DNA of 64,000 bases from the human T2T-CHM13v2.0 reference genome, Homo sapiens: the NCBI RefSeq assembly GCF_009914755.1, contig NC_060930.1; one strand, given 5' to 3'. The notes beneath the pieces are model-generated. The model ran no database searches and was not told the origin of the DNA. It saw only the letters and a program-made list of their open reading frames with translations. This document shows positions 55,151-64,000 of this stretch, piece by piece; position 1 is the stretch's first letter, and every line of letters begins with the position of its first letter. The position numbers and the translations under genes were made by a program.

Positions 55151-57533
55151 TGATCTCTTTGCTATACCAAAACACCCCAAGTACCCTTGATCTCAAAGCT
55201 TCTGCGGTAAGTGTTCCTTCCGCCCGCAAAGCTCTTCTCCCAGGTATTCAGGAAGTTTACCCTCTCCCTTCCTTCAAGTCTCTGCTCAAATGTCCCATGG
55301 CCTGTGGCCTTCCCTCACTACCTTATGTAAAATAGCAAACACCACCACCGTCACCAGCACGACGAACTCCATTATGCAGCTTTTTTCCCTATAGTATTTA
55401 ACCTAATTAGATATATATTTCCTTGTTTATTCATCTTCTCTCACTATACTCCAGTTTCACGAAGGCAGATACTTGATCTACTTTGTTCATGGCTACTTCC
55501 ATAATAACTAGAATAGTGCCTGCCACATAGTAGAGGCTTAGTACCGAGTCAGGCTGGTGCTGGTCTTGCTGTGACCTGATTCCAGTAATTGGCTCACCAC
55601 CATAGCCCCTGTGATGAAAGTTTCGCCTTGAAGCTTTTCATCTTGACCCCTTTGATACCTTTGATTCTGTGTCAATGCCATCATGGCTTCCTTTATATCC
55701 TCCACAACTAAAGGCCCACCTGTGTTTTCCTCAGTCTTTCTAAAGTCCTACCCTGTGGCTTAGTCCCTCCATACCTGCCCTTAAGCTGGAGGAACCCCAC
55801 CTCTCAGGCTCCAGGTGCACTTGTGTGGTGGATTACCGAAACTCTCCCACTCCAAGTCCCCATTCTCATCAACGTCCCTCCAGGGTCTGGCCAGGCTCCC
55901 TAAAAGCCCTGTCCAAACTATGAGCCACACCTTGACCTTCAGCATCAAAGAGGGCTTTACTGCAGGGGAGGAAGCTCCCATAAGAGCCAGAACGACCTGG
56001 GTGTGAGTCCCAGCTCTGGCATGTACCAGTGGGGCAGCCTTGGCAGGTCACTCACTTCCCTGAGCAATGGCTTACTCCCTGGTAAAGTTAAGTCAATGAT
56101 GTCAGCCTCGCAGAGTGGCTGTGCAACAAGACATGAACATGTATGAAAACAGTCAGTAAATTTCTCCCGACTGAACTGAAATCCTCTGAAGCACCTGCCC
56201 TGTTGTGTTAAATGGAAAAGTGTGGTGTCCTTAGGAAGAAACTCTGACACTAGGTAGCTCTATGTGCAAAAGAATTTGCTGTGGGAAACCTTTCAGTACA
56301 ACATGAAGTTCCATGATAATTCCAAACATATGTGAACGATATATAAGCTGTGTAGCAAAATCATATTGTCAGCCAAGTATACTAGGTCTAGGCATGATCT
56401 CAAGGATGGGAAAAGTTTGGCTTCACCTCTGAAAGGTAACCCTCAACCAAGAGGTAGCACAAAAGCATAATCGGTGGATGCGTTTCCCTCCCCCATCCAT
56501 GCCTTGCCCAGATTTAATGGAAACATTTATACTAAACCTTGCCAAATTCACAGAAGTTTTTCCAGTTCCCATTACTTTGCTTTCAAAAGGAAGGGAGTAA
56601 TCGCTTCAGAGGTAGGGTGTGGTACAGTACACTTAACAGAGTGCTGAAAGCAAGTTCAACACAGATGACCAATGTTGCCAGATTGCACAATTCTCGAGTT
56701 ATTTTCGTGATGGGCAATGTTTTTCCTTTTTATTCCGTTTTCCTCCCTCTGGAGTTGGCTAATGATTTCCAGTGAATAGAACTCTGTCCAGTACAATCCA
56801 GTTAGCCCACAATGAACAGACTGTCAATGAGAGATGCTGCATTGACAGCCTTTATTTTAGTGGGCTCCCCGTATAGTAAAGATGGAAAAGGAACTGCTGT
56901 TGGGGGCATTCATTTGTAATTTGTGCTCTTGGTCTGGAAGTGGGCCATTAGCTCAGCAAAGATAATACAGAAACATACAATAAGGTCACCACTCTTTCTG
57001 AAGCCTGATCCATCATCTCTTGGAGAATCAATACCTGTATAGACACGTTATGAATGTGTTTAGTCTTTTCCTACGTGACCAGGTAGGAAGCTTCCTGGTC
57101 CAACCTGGGTGGGTGCTTCATGTTGGCTTGGCAGGTAGTGTCAGGCATCTGGAGATACAATACACATGTTTAGCTCCCTGCAATCAGCAGGCTGGTACAT
57201 TCACTACCAGCTGCATTTTCTCTGTGATACTGCCGGAAAGAATGTGCTTAAAGTCACTATTGATTACTCTTTAATCCACACTATGTTAGGAGCAAAATTG
57301 AATCCGACAAGACATGGTATCTCTTTTCCACATACTTTGTGCATTCCAATAAAGAGGGCTGTCCTTGAGAGTATGAAGTGTGTATCCAAGAAGCCAGGCA
57401 GATTCCTTCGTATTCAGCCCACGGATTGTTCAGAGATTCCCAATTTCCTCCTGGGGAGTTGGGTGCAGGAGTCAAGAGAGATATTTGAGTCAGGGAATAT
57501 TTCCCAAGAGGAGCCTTAGTATTTAAACATCCA

Positions 57534-57550
57534 TTTTCTTTCTTTCTTTC

Positions 57551-57610
<60 letters not shown>

Positions 57611-57634
57611 TCCTTTCTTTCTTTCCTTTCTTTC

Positions 57635-57704
<70 letters not shown>

Positions 57705-57736
57705 CTTTCTCTCTTTCTTTCTTTTTTTTTTTTTTT
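57534..57736. repeat. (TTTC)n pure-pyrimidine tract (~200 nt), the expanded tail of the adjacent reverse Alu
   Basis: Read directly. Confidence 0.95.
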
Positions 57737-58019
57737 GAGACAGAGTTTCACTCTTGTTCCCAGGCTGTAGTGCAATGGGCGTGATCTCAGCTCACTGCAA
57801 CCTCCACCTCCTGGGTTCAAGCGATTCTCCTGTCTCAGCCTCCTGAGTAGCTGGGATTACAGGCGCCCGACAACAGGCCCGGCTAATTTTTGTATTTTTA
57901 ATAGAGACGGGGTTTCACCATGGTGGTCAGGCTGGTCTTGAACTCCTGACCCCAGGTGATCCGCCTGCCTCAGCCCCCCAAAGTGCTGGGATTACAGGCG
58001 TGAGCCACCACGCCTGGCC
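57722..58019 (-). mobile_element. AluS
   Basis: Reverse dimer. Confidence 0.9.
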
Positions 58020-58798
58020 CAGTTTTCATTTTTAAAAAATCTATTACATGCTCATGATAAAAAAAATTAAGCAGTGCACAGTGAAGAGTATACCCCCCTC
58101 ACAGCATTCCCCCCTGCAGTTCCCATCCCCCCAGGCAACTACTGTTATGAATTTTTTTGTGTATCCTTCCAGAAAGAGTCTATGCATATAAGAGCAGCTT
58201 TGATTTTTGAGATGCATTTTTGTATGTTCAGTTCAAGTGGTTCACAAGATGCCTTTTCCAAATAACTCCATGGCAACGCAACTCTGGAACTCACACGCAC
58301 ATGGATGTATACATGGACACACACAGTCGTTCTTTTGAGCATAAAATGGAGGGGAAATGATGCAACAGAGAGTGAATAGAAGGCATATTCCAGTAAACCA
58401 CAGTGGTTAGTGGCTTCTCAGATGGTTCCAGACAGCTTTTTATACAGAAATAGCTCAGTGAGAACACCCCAGCCTACTCAGACTGCAGAACAAATCCCAG
58501 GAACTTGCTTTTGTGCAATCTCCCCCTTGAAGCTCAAGTCTAAACACATCAGAGCTTGGCAGGGCTGCATGGGTACATTAGCGAACAGACAGAACACCCT
58601 GGCTCCTCAGGCGCTCCTTGTTTTTTTCCCTCTGGACCAGCAGATTTTTCTTACAGCTTACACCTGCTCCTCCCCGACCCCCAACAACATGCAGAAAAGG
58701 AAAGCCCCTCAAGTTCTCCTTGATCAAGAGGTTAAATAAAAAAACAACTCTCTTTCACACTCTAAGGGAAAGGAAAATAAAAACCACCAGTAGCTAAG

Positions 58799-58839
<41 letters not shown>
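58799..58839. repeat. (AC)n microsatellite with one interruption
   Basis: Read directly. Confidence 0.95.
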
Positions 58840-59518
58840 TTTGGCAGAAATAAATTAAGAAAAATCATTCTATGTATGAGACCATTCTGAAACTAAGTGA
58901 TGCATGATATTATGCAAATTTGCAAGGTGTATTTGTCCTCAGAATAGAGATGGCTGAATGGGAGTGATAGTGTCTTGATAAATTGTTGTTCTAGAAATTT
59001 TCCAGAACTGAAATGTGCAACAGGACATTTGAGAACTATCTTTTATCTAAATACTGATGTATTAATAATATAGCAGTATTAAAAGCACTGTCATAATTAT
59101 TAGTAAAATTAGCTCATCTATAAGAGTCTGAATAAAAATGTCTCATCAAAAGCCAAATTCTAATGTAGGATCCACATGGAAACCAATAGAAAAGAAACAT
59201 TTCCACTGCATAGGCTGATATACTTGAAAATACAGGTCTTACTCCTGGTCAAAGAAATAGTTGTTTATACAGTTTTGAGGATACTGACAAGATCACTCTT
59301 AAGAAAATACTGCCTCACCTTCTGGCTAGTGCCTGAAAATCCTTTTCTAGTTGAGAAAACCTTAAATTCCTCAATAACAGATAAAGTATAATAGGCAAAT
59401 TCCCCTGAAAAGAACAGCAATAATAATAATAATGCTAATTTCCTGAGCACTTACTTGTGGTAAATACGTTACTTTCGTTCTTACTCAGGACTCCACATGA
59501 ATGATCTCCTTTAATCCC

Positions 59519-60077
59519 TGCAGAAGCTAGTTTCCAAGATGGCTTCCTATAGCCCTTGCCTCTGCATATTCATGCCCTTCTGTGGGGGCTTTCCCTTCAA
59601 TCTGAGTGGGCCCTGTGACTCTTTCGTAACCAACAGAATGAGGCAGAAGTGGTACCGTGTGGCCTTTGCAAGGCTAAATCAGGCCTTACAGCTTCTGCCT
59701 TGGTCCCTTAGGATGCTCATTCTGAGAAAGTCAACTGCTAAATACAAAATCCAATTATCCTGAAACCACCATGTTGTAAGGAAGCTCAAGCTAGCCATGT
59801 GGAGTAGCTGAGTGGAGAAAGAGATGCCTGGCCAGCCCTCAGCTATTCTAGCCAGATGTGTGAATGTAGAAGCCATCTTGGACATCCAGCTCCTTGTAGC
59901 TTGTGGATGGCTTGGGGCCCACCCAACTTCTGAGAATAGCTGCATGTGAGACCCCAAGTGAAAACAGCCCAACTGGGCCCAGCCAACACACAGAATCATC
60001 AGAAATAGTAAAAAATTGCTATTTTAAGTCACTAAGTTTGGGGGTATTTTGTTACACAGCAATATGCAACTGAAACA
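59519..60077 (+). mobile_element. MLT1G/H-like MaLR solo LTR
   Basis: TG..CA ends with perfect 5-bp TSD ATCCC (59514-59518, 60078-60082). Confidence 0.85.
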
Positions 60078-60100
60078 ATCCCGTATTTATGCTACAAGGT

Positions 60101-60706
<606 letters not shown>

Positions 60707-60820
60707 TGCTACAAGGTTTTGAAGCTCACAATTAACTCTCCAACATCAATTTTACTGCTTCCTCGCTGTGCCATTTGAGGAACTGACCCCAGTCTACAGG
60801 TTCCCCTGATTAGTTTATGC

Positions 60821-61332
60821 TAGTAGCTCTCAAAGTGTGGTAGCATCATTGTCACCTGAGAACTTGTTAGGCAAATTCTCGGGCCCTTCTCTGGACCTAC
60901 TGAATTCAAAACTCGGGCCGGCTGGGCGTGGTGACTCATGCCTGTAATCCCAGGACTTTGGGAGGCTGAGGCAGGCGGATCACAAGTGCAGGAGATCGAG
61001 ACCATCCTGGCTAACATGGTGAAACCCCATCTCTACTAAAAAAAATAAAAATAAAATAAAAATAAAATAAAAAAAGCCAGGCATGGTGGCAGGCGCCTGT
61101 AATCCCAGCTACTCTGGAGGCTGAGGCAGGAGAATGGCTTGAACCTGGGAGGCGGAGGTTACAGTGAGCAAGATCATGCCACTGCACTCCAGCCTGGGCG
61201 ACAGAGCAAGACTCCGCCTCAAAAAAAAAAAAACAAAAAAAACAAAAAAAACAACTCCAGCTGAGGCCATCATCTGTGGGGTCTGATACATCCTTCAGGT
61301 TATTCTGATGCGTGCTCATGTTTGGGAACCAC
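60821..61332. mobile_element. MER5A split by a plus-strand Alu (60920-61255)
   Basis: tctcaaagtgtgg..gacctactgaattcaaaact | Alu | caggttattctgatgc..tttgggaaccac. Confidence 0.75.
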
Positions 61333-61375
61333 AGGTGTCTGTACCAGTCACGGTAATCCTATCCCTCCTTGCTAG

Positions 61376-61900
61376 TGACAACCAAAATGAGTGATGGAGG
61401 AATAAGTCTCGAATCATTGCGGTTTAGCAAGGCAGCTTAAAGGGAGTGCCCAGGAAAAATGCGAGTCACAGAAGCATCTGTGGCTGTTTTTTCCAAAGAG
61501 GGTCTCAGGAGGTTTAGCATTTATACATTTTCCTGAAGAAAGTGGGGCAGGGCATGAGACAAATGATTACATACTTGTGAGACTTTAGTTGGTGCTCATT
61601 TTTCCTAAGATAAGGTGAACATTTGAAGAAAAAGGGAATAGAGGAAGAAGATGTCTGAGGAGGGGTGAAGGTGTCTTTGTTCTGTACCTGGAAAGATAAA
61701 CTAGTAGTCTTGAAAGGGCTGGTTTCTGTTTAGCCCTGAGGGAAGAAAACCTAATAGCTGTTATAGAGGGAGGGGGTATAATGAGGCGTGTCCAATCTCC
61801 CATCCCCTCATGGCCGTGAATTCAGCTTGCAAGATTCCATTGGCCAAGAAGGGGTCTGTTCAGTCAGTTAGGGGCTTGGAATTTCATTTTTATTTCTTAC
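61376..61900 (-). mobile_element. MER4-group ERV1 solo LTR inside an old MLT1J/K-like LTR (61340-62225)
   Basis: ttttccaaagagggt..catttataca..ggccaagaaggggtctgttcagtcagttaggggctt. Confidence 0.6.
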
Positions 61901-62265
61901 TCGTGATTGACTTAGGAATCTAGGCTCAAGCCAATCAGCACATAGCATTCCCTTGATGTCAGTTATTAGTTTGTGGTTAAGGGAGTGGCCCTGTGTCTTT
62001 GTGGCAGCCATTCTGACTATGAAGGGAGCCAGGCTTAAAAGGCAGCTGACACTGAGGATGGAAAGCAGAGATGCAGAAAGAACCTAGGTCCTTGACACCA
62101 GGGTTCAATCAGCCTGTCCCATCTGTGAACTTCCAGTTACATGGGCCAATACATTTCCTTTTTGGTTAAACTCATTTGAGTTGGCTTTTCCGTTAGTTGC
62201 CGCTGAAAGCACGCTACCAGATACAGTAAGCATTATAATCCCTACTTTTACACAGGAGAGATTAG

Positions 62266-62708
<443 letters not shown>

Positions 62709-63622
62709 TAAGACTACAGGCGGGCAGTGGGCATCAGACAAAAGAAGGGATACCATGGAATGAGGAAAAGGTCGGGAGAGAGGAGGGAGGATGCATACAA
62801 GACAAATCACTCCTGCTTAAGTCTTTTCTGGGCCGGCCCCAGGCTCTGGTATTTCTTTATGTCCTTAAATCAAATGACGTCCTTTCTCTTCTCCTCTTCC
62901 CCAAAATGCAAGACCAACACTGGAAGAGTGGAAAGCCAGTGTTCCTTTGAGGAGGAGGCTGATTGGTCCAAGTAGTTCTATAAACTGCATCCACCCACAT
63001 CACGCTACTCCAAAGACACTTTATAATCACAAAAGAAACAATCCGGAAGATTCCAGTTGTCAATGCAGCTTGAATTGTAGCAGCAGCAGAACTTGCCCAA
63101 AAACATATAACATGGCATAAAGTCAGGATTGTTATAACCTTGGGGATCCCAAGGCTCCGTGCTCCCTCCGTGGATGCCAACGTTTGCGGGGGCTCGTGTC
63201 TCTGTTCCGCTACACCGCTGCCTCCGACACAGGTCTGCTTCATCTCTCCCACCACGTTTCCTGCCTCCTCTGGTGCCCCCCTCTGACAGTCATGTGGCTA
63301 ATTTTAAACCGTAATCTGAAGCCCAGAACCGGGAAAGTCCCATGGTCCGAGGGTGGCCACAGCTAAAGGACACTCGGGAAACATGACAAAAGGCTTTGGA
63401 GAAATGAGGCAAACAGGAAGGGGACAACTTTCTCTCCAGTGAGGATCAAGAGTTTAAAATAAGAGCAGAACATCCTTGTTAAAAAATACTGCAAAGGGCT
63501 TTGTGCTAACTTGAAACTGATTGCTAAGGGAAGCAGATAGTAAGTGGAGCACTATTTTAGTACTAGGAAGGGACACCAGTAAGAGGACAGTCCTTCTGAT
63601 GAGGTTTAATTATATAAACTAA

Positions 63623-63940
<318 letters not shown>

Positions 63941-64000
63941 TATATAAACTAATTTCATCCTCCTAAGGACCACATGAGATAGGTATTACTATTACCCCTA

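Noticed and set aside
56440-56462. Weak CTCF-like motif ccaagaggtagcac (also ~54746)
   Set aside because: Mismatches at core positions.
57281-57820. 179-aa Lys/Glu/Arg-rich ORF
   Set aside because: Translation of Alu plus the (GAAA)n microsatellite.
58912-58919. Octamer ATGCAAAT (and a POU-like near-palindrome at ~8386-8400)
   Set aside because: Isolated short motifs are expected by chance; no adjacent SOX site.
62857-63255. 132-aa minus-strand ORF with a hydrophobic middle
   Set aside because: GTG start, no family I recognise, and no pseudogene hallmarks (poly(A), TSD). A BLASTP/PhyloCSF check would settle it.

Overview
Primate (almost certainly human) genomic DNA, not prokaryotic. The only protein-coding sequence I can support is coding exon 1 of RANBP9 (RanBPM, a CTLH E3-complex subunit). 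It lies on the minus strand (ATG at 7029-7031, donor after 6461) inside a ~1.6-kb CpG island. Bases 1-6460 are RANBP9 intron 1. The remaining ~56 kb is upstream intergenic DNA dominated by transposon fossils: about 59 Alu copies or monomers by my count, two solo LTR12 (ERV9) LTRs, THE1/MLT1/LTR16/MER4-group LTRs, old L1M/L2/MIR fragments, hAT and Tigger MITEs, and microsatellites. Nearly all other ORFs in the track are artefacts of Alu, LTR, CpG-island or microsatellite sequence. I see no evidence for a new multi-gene system. The best leads are regulatory and mutational: (i) a perfect-consensus 5' splice site 206 nt past the weak exon-1 donor, whose use would frameshift RANBP9; (ii) two co-oriented LTR12 promoters with intact CCAAT/GATA/TATA-like modules, degenerate poly(A) signals and downstream donors, one nested in THE1 and one in an Alu; (iii) a clean poly(A)-only insertion with a perfect flanking duplication; (iv) template-switch or conversion scars in Alus, and close inverted Alu pairs. 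Repeat subfamily names come from recalled consensus sequences and repeat boundaries are approximate.
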